The notes: a model not told the origin generated them from the sequence alone. DNA of 64,000 nucleotides from Sedimentisphaeraceae bacterium JB056 (GCA_044440125.1 JBITAJ010000027.1:250377-314376), one strand, 5' to 3'; counted from the stretch's first letter, positions 19,691 to 28,831 are shown. Translations and numbers: made by a program.

Positions 19691-21679
19691 ATGAAATATT
19701 CCTTACTAAAAGAAGTTGATATTAAAAGCGTTGCACCGAAAGGTTGGCTTCGTCGTTACCTGATAAATCAGAAGCACGGCCTTACCGGAAATCTGGAAGT
19801 TGCCGGGTTCCCTTTTGATACAAAAGGTTGGGCCGGTCCATTGGTCAAGGCTGAAACCGGTCATATGTGGTGGCCTTACGAGCAGTATTCTTACTGGATC
19901 GACGGTATGCTTAAATGCGGCTATCTGTTGAATGATAATGAACTCGTTGAGAGAGCAAGGAAGCAGATAAGTTATGTGTTCAAGCGTGTTAAGAAGGATG
20001 GTTGGTTGGGGCCTAAGGCTTTGCAGAAAACTAATTCTGATAACCTCTGGCCATATGCGATATTCTTGCGTGCTGTTCTTGTCGAGTATTCAGCAACCGG
20101 CAATGAGAATATCATAAAAATGATGAGGCGTCATTTTGCAAGCCGTGAAATCAACATATCAGAGCTTAGGGAAATCTGTAATATAGAGCCAATGGCTTAT
20201 GTCCATTCCTTAAGCGGTGATAAAAAACTACTCAAAGAAATTGAGGGCAAATACGAAGCTTACAATGCACAGTCAGATGATGATGTTTGCGATCCTTGTG
20301 TTATCTTCAATCATCATATCCTGCAGAGAAATCTTCTCTCAGATCAAAAGCCGGGTGTTCATGGTGTTACATATAATGAAATAGGTAAACTTGGCGCTAT
20401 AATCTATATGTGCAATGGAGATAAAAAAGCTCTTGAGACTGCGGTTAATGCATATAAGAAGATTGATAAATACAACCTTATGGTCGATGGTGTCTGCAGC
20501 AGTTCAGAGTTGATGAGCGACAAGGATCCTCTCGATACTCATGAGACATGTGATATTGCGGATTATACCTGGGGTCTTGGTTATTTGCTTATGGCAACAG
20601 GTGAGATGTCTTATGCCGACAGAATCGAGAAGGCGTGTTTCAATGCTGCTCCGGGCGCTGTTACGAATGATTTCAAGGCGCTGCAGTATTTTTCAGGGCC
20701 TAATCAGGTTATTTGTGATAAACAATCAAATCATAACGAGTTTTTCTTTGGCAATTCTTCGATGTCGTACAGACCCAATCCTTTTACGGAGTGCTGCCCC
20801 GGTGCGGTACACAGGATTATGCCTAATTATGTTTCCCGTATGTGGATGAAGGATGGTGATGATGGTATTACGGCTGTTTTGTATGGTCCTTCCGAGATAA
20901 CTGCTTCTGTTGGAAAATCCGGTAAGAGCGTTAAGATAACAGAGGATACCAACTATCCATTTTCAGAAGATATCAATTTTATAGTAGAGTGTGAAGAGTC
21001 GGTGGAGTTTGATTTTGGATTCAGGATACCTTCATGGACACGCAGGGCTTCATTGTTTGTTAACGGCAAGAAAGTGAAGGGGCTAAAACTCAAAGCCGGT
21101 AAGCTCTGCAAATTGAGCCGTGTTTTTAATAGTAATGATATTGTAACTCTTAGATTGCCGATGAAGCTAAAAGTTACAAAATGGCCTAAAGGCGGCGTTG
21201 CTGTTGAAAGAGGTCCTATTGTATATTCATTGCCGATAGAAGCGGATAAGAGGGTTGACAGAGCCGATAAGAAATCAAATTCAGATTTTCCCGCATGGAA
21301 TATGACTCCTAAAGGTGACTGGAACTATGCTCTTGCTGTGAATTCAAAGAATATTGAGCAAAAAGTTGAAGTTGTTTTGAACGGGGCAGCCGGATATCCG
21401 TGGGATGCCGAGCAGCCGCCGGTTTCATTGAAAGTGCCTGCCAGAAAAGTTAAGGGCTGGAAGATAAAGAAGCTGAAAAATCCTAAAATAAGGTATATTC
21501 TTTCCAATGGCACTGAGTATCATTGTGAAGATATGAAGGGTGTATATTCTGTAACTCCAGATTTGCCGGATGGAGAGAAACTTCAGAGTAAGCTTTCGGC
21601 TAAAGAGGAGACTATAACACTTGTTCCTTATGGATGTACTGAGCTTCGGATGACCATATTTCCAAGTGCGAAGGATTGA
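19691..21679 (+). CDS. GH127/GH146-like beta-L-arabinofuranosidase family protein
   Basis: P.GWL; HGV; HETC; IEK..FNA.PG; ECC; T.YPF; RIPSW; ERGP.VY; LVPYGCT.LR. Confidence 0.8.
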   Translation: MKYSLLKEVDIKSVAPKGWLRRYLINQKHGLTGNLEVAGFPFDTKGWAGPLVKAETGHMWWPYEQYSYWIDGMLKCGYLLNDNELVERARKQISYVFKRVKKDGWLGPKALQKTNSDNLWPYAIFLRAVLVEYSATGNENIIKMMRRHFASREINISELREICNIEPMAYVHSLSGDKKLLKEIEGKYEAYNAQSDDDVCDPCVIFNHHILQRNLLSDQKPGVHGVTYNEIGKLGAIIYMCNGDKKALETAVNAYKKIDKYNLMVDGVCSSSELMSDKDPLDTHETCDIADYTWGLGYLLMATGEMSYADRIEKACFNAAPGAVTNDFKALQYFSGPNQVICDKQSNHNEFFFGNSSMSYRPNPFTECCPGAVHRIMPNYVSRMWMKDGDDGITAVLYGPSEITASVGKSGKSVKITEDTNYPFSEDINFIVECEESVEFDFGFRIPSWTRRASLFVNGKKVKGLKLKAGKLCKLSRVFNSNDIVTLRLPMKLKVTKWPKGGVAVERGPIVYSLPIEADKRVDRADKKSNSDFPAWNMTPKGDWNYALAVNSKNIEQKVEVVLNGAAGYPWDAEQPPVSLKVPARKVKGWKIKKLKNPKIRYILSNGTEYHCEDMKGVYSVTPDLPDGEKLQSKLSAKEETITLVPYGCTELRMTIFPSAKD

Positions 21680-21764
21680 GTTTGGATTTGTAACAATGAT
21701 GGTGTTGGGTTTTAGCTCGCTGTATTGAAAAAACGAAGGCTGGTATACTGCTTTTGTTTTTGAG

Positions 21765-21793
21765 TTGACATATTTCATAGAGGTTTATATAAT
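21765..21793 (+). promoter_or_regulatory. Consensus sigma70 promoter
   Basis: TTGACA (21765-21770), 17 bp, TATAAT (21788-21793). Confidence 0.8.
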
Positions 21794-21800
21794 CTCTTAT

Positions 21801-22604
21801 ATGGAACATGGTATTTCAAATAAGGAACAAGGTGCAAGGCAGGCATTAGAGGAGCAATCAGCCCCTGCGATGAAACTGCTTGATGTATTGGAGTATTTCA
21901 CTCTATACAGCGGGTCTTCGTCATTGGTTGAGATTTCAAAGCAAACCGGGATTCCCAAGGCAACTTTGCTGCGAATTCTTAATACATTGACTGCGCGAGG
22001 TTATGTCTGCAAAGATGCTGATAAAAGATACTCCCCGTTGTTTAATCTGGCAAAAGCGAGCAGTTTGCCTGCAAGTCTGGAGCCGATACTGGCTGATTCA
22101 CTTCAAAATTTAATCTCAGCCGGTTGTGATTCGGCAGAAATCATACTTTTGAGAGAGTCTGATATCTTCTGGCACGCGAAAGTCGAACAGCAGCAGATTC
22201 AATTACGGATCAACGCTAAACCCGGTTGGCGTCGTACTATCTATGAACTTGATGCTCCCAGCAGATTGTTTCTTGCGTATATCGGCAGGGAAGGTGTTGA
22301 GGCCTGTTTTGATACAAGCAAGTTTTACGATACCTCCTATCGTCCCTGCACGTGGCAGAAGAGTGTAGAGATGTTTTCGGCGGAGAATATAGACGGGGTC
22401 AGTTATGATAAGACGGGCAACAGCAATGGCGTAAGGCGATTTGCCACGTTATTGATCGCGTCAAATGTTCCGTTTATTGTTTCGGTTGCAGAGGCCGCAA
22501 TTTCTAAAAACAATACTGATGAGCATATCGCGAAGATTGCAGAAATATTAATCAAAGAGCGCAAGAGAATTTCGCGCTGCATAAGTAAGGAGAAATTGTT
22601 GTGA
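21801..22604 (+). CDS. IclR-type HTH transcriptional regulator (divergent effector domain)
   Basis: LLDVLEYF...SLVEISKQTGIPKATLLRILNTL..RGYV. The start is uncertain (21801 or 21870). Confidence 0.75.
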   Translation: MEHGISNKEQGARQALEEQSAPAMKLLDVLEYFTLYSGSSSLVEISKQTGIPKATLLRILNTLTARGYVCKDADKRYSPLFNLAKASSLPASLEPILADSLQNLISAGCDSAEIILLRESDIFWHAKVEQQQIQLRINAKPGWRRTIYELDAPSRLFLAYIGREGVEACFDTSKFYDTSYRPCTWQKSVEMFSAENIDGVSYDKTGNSNGVRRFATLLIASNVPFIVSVAEAAISKNNTDEHIAKIAEILIKERKRISRCISKEKLL

Positions 22605-24085
22605 GAATTTTATATCTGGATATTGATACACTTAGACCGGATCACCTTGGTTGTTATGGTTATCATCGCAATACATCACCCAATATCGACCGTATTGCTG
22701 AAGAGGGCGTGCGGTTTAATAATTATTATTGTTCCGATGCTCCATGTCTGCCGTCGCGATCAGCACTTATGAGCAGTATGTATGGTATCCATACCGGAGC
22801 CATTGGGCATGGCGGAACTTCTGCTGATTTTCGTTTGCAGGGTGAGTCTCGCGGTTTTCGAAGTGATTGGGATCTACAATCTCTTCCGCAGATATATCGA
22901 AATGCCGGTATGCATACAGCGATTATCAGTCCGTTTGCCGAGAGGCACAGCAGTTTTACTTATTATGCCGGTTTTAACGAGATGCATAATACAGGGAAGT
23001 GTGGTTCAGAATCTGCTGAAGAGATATCTCCAGTTGTGCTTGACTGGCTGGATCGAAATGCTCAGAGCGACAATTGGTATCTTCATGTGAATTATTGGGA
23101 TCCGCATACGCCTTACCGCGCACCTGCTGATTTCGGCAATCCATTCAACGAAGATCCTTTGCCGGATTGGTTTACGCCTGAGGTTCTTGAGCATCACAAC
23201 AAGCACGTGGGGCCGCACTCATCACTTGAAACAGGTATGTATAATGGAGATGATAATGCGGAATATCCGCGTCAGCCAGGCACTGTGAAAACAATGGAAC
23301 GCCTGAAGGAATTTGTTGACGGTTATGATTGCGGCGTGCGGTATATGGATGAGCATGTGGGCGGGATTCTTAGTATGCTTGAAGATAAAGGTGTACTTGA
23401 TGATACGGTGATAATTGTAAGTTCCGATCATGGCGAGAATATTGGCGAGCTGGGGCTTTATGCTGAACATGGCACGGCGGACAATATAACTTGCCGTATT
23501 CCGATGATAATTCGCTGGCCCGGACGGGTCAAGGCCGGAGAGGTTGATGGTCTGCATTTGAATATAGACCTTGCACCGACTATGGCTGATATGCTGAATC
23601 AACCGCCGCATCCTAATTGGGAAGGCAGGAGTTTTTCTCAGACCCTTACAGATGGTGAGGATACGGGTTATGATGATATTGTTATAAGCCAGTGTGCCCA
23701 TGTCTGTCAGCGCAGCGTGCGTTGGGATGATTGGCTGTATATGCGAACTTATCATGATGGGTACCATTTGTTCCCGCAGGAAATGCTGTATAACATCAAG
23801 GAAGATCCGCATGAGCAAAATGATCTTGCATCCAGGCATCCGGAGCTTTGCCGTGAAGGTGTGTGGCGGCTGATGAAGTGGCACGATGAAATGATGGCGA
23901 CTCAGCCATTCGGCTATACTGAAGATCCTATGTGGACAGTGATATCTGAGGGCGGTCCGTTTCATGCAAAGGGGCATTTACATGATTACTGCAACCGCCT
24001 TGAAGCAACGGGCAGGGGCTGGGCTGTTCCAATATTGAAACAACGCCATCCGTATGAGTTTCCCAATTCAACTTCGAATTGCTGA
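22601..24085 (+). CDS. Cys-type S1 sulfatase, cytoplasmic
   Basis: DIDTLRPDHLGCYGY.R.TSPNID; CLPSR; WDPHTPY; SDHGE; DPHE. Confidence 0.92.
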   Translation: MRILYLDIDTLRPDHLGCYGYHRNTSPNIDRIAEEGVRFNNYYCSDAPCLPSRSALMSSMYGIHTGAIGHGGTSADFRLQGESRGFRSDWDLQSLPQIYRNAGMHTAIISPFAERHSSFTYYAGFNEMHNTGKCGSESAEEISPVVLDWLDRNAQSDNWYLHVNYWDPHTPYRAPADFGNPFNEDPLPDWFTPEVLEHHNKHVGPHSSLETGMYNGDDNAEYPRQPGTVKTMERLKEFVDGYDCGVRYMDEHVGGILSMLEDKGVLDDTVIIVSSDHGENIGELGLYAEHGTADNITCRIPMIIRWPGRVKAGEVDGLHLNIDLAPTMADMLNQPPHPNWEGRSFSQTLTDGEDTGYDDIVISQCAHVCQRSVRWDDWLYMRTYHDGYHLFPQEMLYNIKEDPHEQNDLASRHPELCREGVWRLMKWHDEMMATQPFGYTEDPMWTVISEGGPFHAKGHLHDYCNRLEATGRGWAVPILKQRHPYEFPNSTSNC

Positions 24086-24106
24086 AAAGCCTAAAAAATA
24101 ATTGCC

Positions 24107-24130
24107 GATAAAGATAAATATGTCTTTATC
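24107..24130 (+). terminator. Hairpin after sulfatase, abutting repeat copy A
   Basis: CGATAAAGATA / TGTCTTTATCG. Confidence 0.5.
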
Positions 24131-24131
24131 G

Positions 24132-24468
24132 CTCCCCGTTCCATACGCGTATGTGGAAAGGTTTTTCGGGTTAACACAAAAATTCATCGGGGGTGGTAAA
24201 ATCGAATTACCCTTGTTTGGAAAAAGTCTCTGTTTTTGCAAATGTCTGTAAATATTGTGCTTACGAAGTCTGTTTTTTGGGGTACACTAAGCGAAACAAG
24301 CTCTATGCTCTCAAAAATAGAGAGTGTCAAATCTTTTTTGTTTTTTTTAAGCTATCGTTTTCTGGTCAAAATCAGCTCGAATTATTACGAAATCATGCTT
24401 TGTTCTTCTTTTGACTTAACAGTAATCACTATTTGTGAACTATAGCCATTTTTAGCTTGTGTTTAGTG
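24132..24468. repeat. Non-coding direct repeat, copy A (~337 bp)
   Basis: Aligns along its length with 24629-24966. Starts CTCCCCGTTCCATACGCGTATGTGGAA. Confidence 0.95.
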
Positions 24469-24474
24469 CTTCTG

Positions 24475-24628
24475 GCGGTGTTCCAAAAGTCGTAAACCTT
24501 CTCTATGCCGCTTTTTTGACTCTGCGATATGATTTCAGTAAGCCGCCAAGCCGCTGAAATTCTACAATTTCACCGTATTTATCTTGCGGCAGAGGAGCTA
24601 TGATTTTTCCGCCGAGTCCAAGATGTGG
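24475..24628 (-). mobile_element. Remnant of integrase-core (rve, IS481-like) transposase C-terminus and probable IS end
   Basis: Minus strand 24628-24503 reads PHLGLGGKIIAPLPQDKYGEIVEFQRLGGLLKSYRRVKKAA*, followed by TTTTGGAACACCGC. Confidence 0.7.
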
Positions 24629-24966
24629 CTCCCCGTTCCATACGCGTATGTGGAAATGTTTTTCGGGTTAACACAAAAAATCATCGGGGGTGGTAAAATC
24701 GAATTACCCTTGTTTGGAAAAAGTCTCTATTTTTGCAAATGTTTGCAAATATGGTGTTTACGGAAAGGCTGTTTTGAGGTATTCTAAGTTTGTGAAGCTC
24801 TATGCTCTCAAAAACAGAGAGTGTTAAATCTTTTTTGATTTTTCTTAAGCTATCGTTTTCTGGTCAAATCAGCTCGAATTATTACGGAATCATGCGTTGC
24901 TCTTCTTTTAAGGTAACAGCAATCGCAATTTGTGAGCTATCGCCATTTCGAGCCGGTTTTTTAGTG
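24629..24966. repeat. Non-coding direct repeat, copy B (~338 bp)
   Basis: Near-identical to copy A over the first ~110 bp and colinear to TTTAGTG. Confidence 0.95.
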
Positions 24967-25144
24967 TAATAATAAAAGTTAGCTATTTTAAGCGACGACT
25001 TATTACAGGACTGTACAGCCATCTTACTTTTATGCAATATTCTCTATAACAGTAAATTAAAAAAACATTAGTCAAGAAGACATAGCATTTATATATATTT
25101 TTTGTTATATTATTATCCGTGATCATTAAAATGGAGTTTTGATA

Positions 25145-26047
25145 ATGGCCGGAAAAACAATTAAGTTATTTTTAACAGATGGTAAACCCGACGGGCTGAA
25201 AATTGCTGAACTGCAGCAATGGACCGGGATCGCACTGACCTGCCCTCGTTCTGAGATAGAAAAGCTGACCAGGCGGGAAGAAGCTTCCAAACCAGGTGTT
25301 TACATACTCACCAGTCAGGACGAACAATCCCAGTTTTTTGCGGCATATATCGGCGAGGCTGAAAACATATCAAGTCATCTCAAAGAGCATAATCGCACAC
25401 TGGATTTCTGGGACAATATTTGCTTTTTCACTCAAAAAGATGATAATCTCACCAAGGGCCACATTCGATATCTTGAAGCACGAATGATCCAGGTAGCCCG
25501 GAAAGCAAAACGAATGCCCTTGAAAAACAGTTCCAACCCAACTCCTGAGAATATTCCTCTCCCGGAATCGGACGTTGCCGACATGGAATACTTTCTCGGG
25601 CAAATGCAAATGATACTGCCGGTTCTGGGAATTGATCTGCTCAAACCTCAACCGCAAGTTTCCAACACAGAGGCAGCCGCCAATACCGAAGAATCTCCTT
25701 TATTTGAGTTCAAATCATCTGATGCTGTTGCAACTGCTAAAACAGTAAACGGTGAATTCGTAGTACTGGAAGGTTCCATGGCTCGAAAAGAGGAAGTCCC
25801 TTCCTTCAAAACTCACTGCCCCAGTTCATTTAAAAAACGCCGCGAGCTGCTCGAAACAGGCGTTTTGACAGACTACAATGCAAAACAATACCGATTCAAT
25901 GAAGATTACGCTTTTCGAAGCCCAAGCGGAGCGGCAGATGTTTTAGCAGGAAGATCAGTTAACGGCAGAAAAGAATGGAAGGTCAAAAATACCGGCCAGA
26001 CTTACGCCGACTGGGACGAGCAAAGAATAGCGAAAGCTGCAACTTAA
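25145..26047 (+). CDS. GIY-YIG nuclease family protein with DUF4357-like C-terminus
   Basis: KTIKLFL.DG.P.G; PGVYIL...AYIGEAEN; YLEA; F.EDY.F.SPSGAA....GRS.NG..EWK. Confidence 0.85.
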   Translation: MAGKTIKLFLTDGKPDGLKIAELQQWTGIALTCPRSEIEKLTRREEASKPGVYILTSQDEQSQFFAAYIGEAENISSHLKEHNRTLDFWDNICFFTQKDDNLTKGHIRYLEARMIQVARKAKRMPLKNSSNPTPENIPLPESDVADMEYFLGQMQMILPVLGIDLLKPQPQVSNTEAAANTEESPLFEFKSSDAVATAKTVNGEFVVLEGSMARKEEVPSFKTHCPSSFKKRRELLETGVLTDYNAKQYRFNEDYAFRSPSGAADVLAGRSVNGRKEWKVKNTGQTYADWDEQRIAKAAT

Positions 26048-26300
26048 ATGATTAGACAGTTTGTTTCTCAGAATTCCAGAGAGAATCGTCCTTCGATGTA
26101 ATTTTGGCAGTCTTGAATGCGTAAAAAAGACTCACTACATTAATGCCAGTTGTATTCTGAACGAACGTAGTGGGTCGAAAAGCTCGGCGACCCAACCGGT
26201 CCTAACACATTCATTTCAGGCCATTACAAGGCACCGATTTCGAACCTGTTAACCAAGAGATATGTACTTGTCTAAAACGACTTAATATCCAATCCCCTAA

Positions 26301-26389
26301 CCGTTCCATAGGCGTATGTGGAACGGGTTTTCGGATTAACTCAAAAAATCATCGGAGTGATGAATTAGTATTATTCTTGTTTGGAAAAG
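26301..26389. repeat. Repeat copy C (diverged, ~90 bp head only)
   Basis: CCGTTCCATAGGCGTATGTGGAACGGGTTTTCGGATTAACTCAAAAAATCATCGG...CTTGTTTGGAAAAG matches the head of copies A and B. Confidence 0.85.
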
Positions 26390-26400
26390 CTGGGCGTTTT

Positions 26401-26742
26401 TTATGTTTTTCTTACGAATTCGGATTTCAGCATCATTGCTCCGAAGCCGTCGATTTTGCAGTCGATATCGTGGTCGCCTTCAACCAGTCTGATGTTTTTT
26501 ACCTTCGTTCCGGCTTTTATCTTTGAGTTTGAGCCTTTTACCGGCAGGTCTTTGATCAATGATACGGTGTCGCCGTTTTCGAGGATATTGCCGTTGGCGT
26601 CCTTAAAGATTGGGCCGGTTTCCTCCTGAGCGTCGGCGGCATCAGGGTTCCATTCGTAAGCACATTCAGGACAAATATATAGCCCTCTGTCAGGATAGGT
26701 GTATTCACAGTCGCATTTAGGGCAGTTAGGTATTTCGCTCAT
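26401..26742 (-). CDS. yjdM: Zinc-ribbon PhnA/YjdM-family protein
   Basis: CPKC..EYTY.D...[53 protein letters not shown]. Confidence 0.9.
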   Translation of the reverse strand: MSEIPNCPKCDCEYTYPDRGLYICPECAYEWNPDAADAQEETGPIFKDANGNILENGDTVSLIKDLPVKGSNSKIKAGTKVKNIRLVEGDHDIDCKIDGFGAMMLKSEFVRKT

Positions 26743-26805
26743 AGTCTTTCCTTTAGAATTTTAAACAAAAAAAGCTCTGAAAGATTTCTCTAACAGAGCT
26801 TTTTA

Positions 26806-26836
26806 CTCCCCATTCCATTCGGAATACGGAAAGCGG
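26806..26836. repeat. Possible highly diverged repeat copy D head
   Basis: CTCCCCATTCCATTCGGAATACGGAAAGCGG, preceded by the hairpin AAAAAGCTCTG/CAGAGCTTTTT (26769-26804). Confidence 0.45.
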
Positions 26837-27032
26837 AATTGCTTAACAGGGCTTGGGATGAGCGAGTGGACGCGAATACGTAAAGGTGAAAATGTTCTAC
26901 GTTTTAGATTTACCTAAAATAAACGTAGAACATTTTTTTTCGATTTTAGCTTAAGGTTCGCAATTTGATTTAGAGGGTTCGAATAGATTTGAATACGAAT
27001 TCTTTAGTCAAGATTCTATAAAGAATCTTCTT

Positions 27033-27190
27033 AGCGACGTTCCAAAACCCATATTTGCCTTTAGGCAACTTTTTGACTCGTCGATAGCTTCGGAGCAGGC
27101 CGCCGAGCCGCTCAAATTCCACTACATCACCGTCTTGATTCTGAGGATAAAAATCAATAATTCTACCGCTAAGAGTTGAGTGTGAAAGTT
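27033..27190 (-). mobile_element. Second transposase C-terminal remnant, paralogous to 24475-24628
   Basis: Minus strand reads SHSTLSGRIIDFYPQNQDGDVVEFERLGGLLRSYRRVKK, followed by TTTTGGAACGTCGC. Confidence 0.65.
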
Positions 27191-27346
27191 CACCTATTTT
27201 TGCATATTGAGTAATGTTGCTTGAGTTCCTTTATTAGTCAGGCTTTTCATTAAGGCAGTAGATAATCTTAAATTTTGTCTCATAATAAACAATGATACTG
27301 CTGCTGGAATTTAGAGTAATTTTTAACTTTTAAATTTGCTCTAAAT

Positions 27347-27487
27347 TCATGAAGTTTTAATAGGCTTCTCAAGTGGCTTATCAAACCATTTGCCATCGCG
27401 TCCCTGATTTTTATAATCAGCCTTTTAATCCCAGATACCATTAAGCGTTTTCACTTCTTTGGTTCCTGTTTCCTGTGGGAACAGCAT
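27347..27487 (-). pseudogene. Truncated beta-glucuronidase (GH2) N-terminal remnant
   Basis: RBS GAGGA, then MLFPQETGTKEVKTLNGIWD*KADYKNQGRDGKWFDKPLEKPIKTS*, which matches the N-terminus of the 41850 protein. Confidence 0.8.
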
Positions 27488-27496
27488 TCTTTATCC

Positions 27497-28831
27497 TCAA
27501 ATCAAATTATATTCAAGTTCTAATTTTTTCTTTAATTGAAAAAATATCTCCGGTTGAATTTCAACCAGATTAGTAGTTTCAGAGCAATCATTGGTCAAAT
27601 CAAATAGGTAATACTTCTCGCCAACCTTCATTAGCTTCCAGTCCCCCTCAATAATTGCATATTGATAGCCAAGACTCTTATTGTATTTATATGAAAAATA
27701 TAAACTTCGTTCTTTGGCATATCTACAATCCTCAATTAAACGATAAATATCCTCACCATCAAAGTCCGCATCAGGAACATCTATATTGAGTTTGCGTAAT
27801 ATAGTTGGCGTTATATCACCCATATAAACAGTAGTATCGGTTTTAAGACCGGCATGACTATCAGGCCATCTCATTATCATAGGAACTCTTAAACCACCTT
27901 CTCTGAGTGTCCATTTACCGCCACTTAGGGGATAATTTGAAGCCCCATGTTGAGGGTCGCCGCCATTATCACTAATTATGAATATAGCAGTATTATCATA
28001 GATGCCCAATTTATCCAAATGAGCTATTATTTTAGCAACGGAATCATCTAAACACATAACCATTGCCGCATAAATTTCACGAGCAGTTGGATTGTTTAAG
28101 TCCTTAGCCACTTTCGCGATATAATTTTCAGGTGCCTGAAGCACTCCACGTTGTGAATAGTGTGGTGCATTATACGCAAGGTTGAGCAAGAACGGCTGAT
28201 TACTTTTCTCTGTAATATATTTTATCGCTTTATCAGTAAATACATCCGTAGAATATCCTTCAATAGATACCGGAGTACCATTCTCGTACAGATCCTTTTT
28301 GCCTGTCGAAACACCTTCTACCTTTTGCGCATCATCGGTATATTTATAATAGTCAATTTTTCCTCCACGATGCCCAAAGAAATATTCAAAGCCCTGTGAG
28401 TTAGGTAGTGTATCCCCATCGTATCCCAAATGCCACTTACCGATACTGGCAGTATTATAATCATATCGCAACAGATACTCCGGTAAAGTCTTGAATGAAC
28501 TTGCCATACCTCCAGAACCCATCAAAGGCATATCTAAACCTATTGACTCAGGACGGCGACCCGTAAGTAAACAACCTCTTGCAGGTGTACACACAGGACT
28601 TGATGAGTAAAAACGTTCAAACTTCATACCCTCAGAGGCTAATTTGTCAATATTGGGAGTATATATGTCTTTACTGCCGTAACAGCTTAAATCATTGTAG
28701 CCCAAATCATCAAAGGTTATAAGAATAATATTCATTGGTTTTGTTTTATCACCAACCAACTTGCAACCGCCCATGGCAGTGAGAACGGTTGCCGCTATTG
28801 CCTGCATAAAATCTCTACGATTGATTTTCAT
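27497..28831 (-). CDS. Cys-type S1 sulfatase with Tat (and possible lipoprotein) signal
   Basis: MKINRRDF...AMGGC; DDLGYNDL; CTPAR..LLTGR; GKWHLG; APH; SDNGG; EGG.RVP. Confidence 0.92.
   Translation of the reverse strand: MKINRRDFMQAIAATVLTAMGGCKLVGDKTKPMNIILITFDDLGYNDLSCYGSKDIYTPNIDKLASEGMKFERFYSSSPVCTPARGCLLTGRRPESIGLDMPLMGSGGMASSFKTLPEYLLRYDYNTASIGKWHLGYDGDTLPNSQGFEYFFGHRGGKIDYYKYTDDAQKVEGVSTGKKDLYENGTPVSIEGYSTDVFTDKAIKYITEKSNQPFLLNLAYNAPHYSQRGVLQAPENYIAKVAKDLNNPTAREIYAAMVMCLDDSVAKIIAHLDKLGIYDNTAIFIISDNGGDPQHGASNYPLSGGKWTLREGGLRVPMIMRWPDSHAGLKTDTTVYMGDITPTILRKLNIDVPDADFDGEDIYRLIEDCRYAKERSLYFSYKYNKSLGYQYAIIEGDWKLMKVGEKYYLFDLTNDCSETTNLVEIQPEIFFQLKKKLELEYNLI

Noticed and set aside
24620..24660. 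TGGCTCCCC as a minus-strand tRNA 3' end (GGGGAGCCA); also TTCGAACC at ~26240 and GGTTCGAAT at ~26976
   Set aside because: No T-arm at the right spacing and no cloverleaf can be built.
24193..24787. Short ORFs 24193-24414, 24236-24445 and 24584-24787
   Set aside because: They lie within the repeat, and the frames are not preserved between copies (indels and stops).
26166..26196. REP-like GTAG-TGGGTCG...CGACCCA hairpin
   Set aside because: It is a single copy in the window with no RAYT gene, so it cannot be supported.
26294..26330. Copy C as an integron attC site (CCCTAAC...GTT)
   Set aside because: It is only ~35 bp, the AAC/GTT boxes are not kept in copies A and B, and no IntI is in the window.
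24132..26836. Repeats as a CRISPR array
   Set aside because: The units are 90-340 bp with irregular gene-sized intervals, and no cas genes are present.
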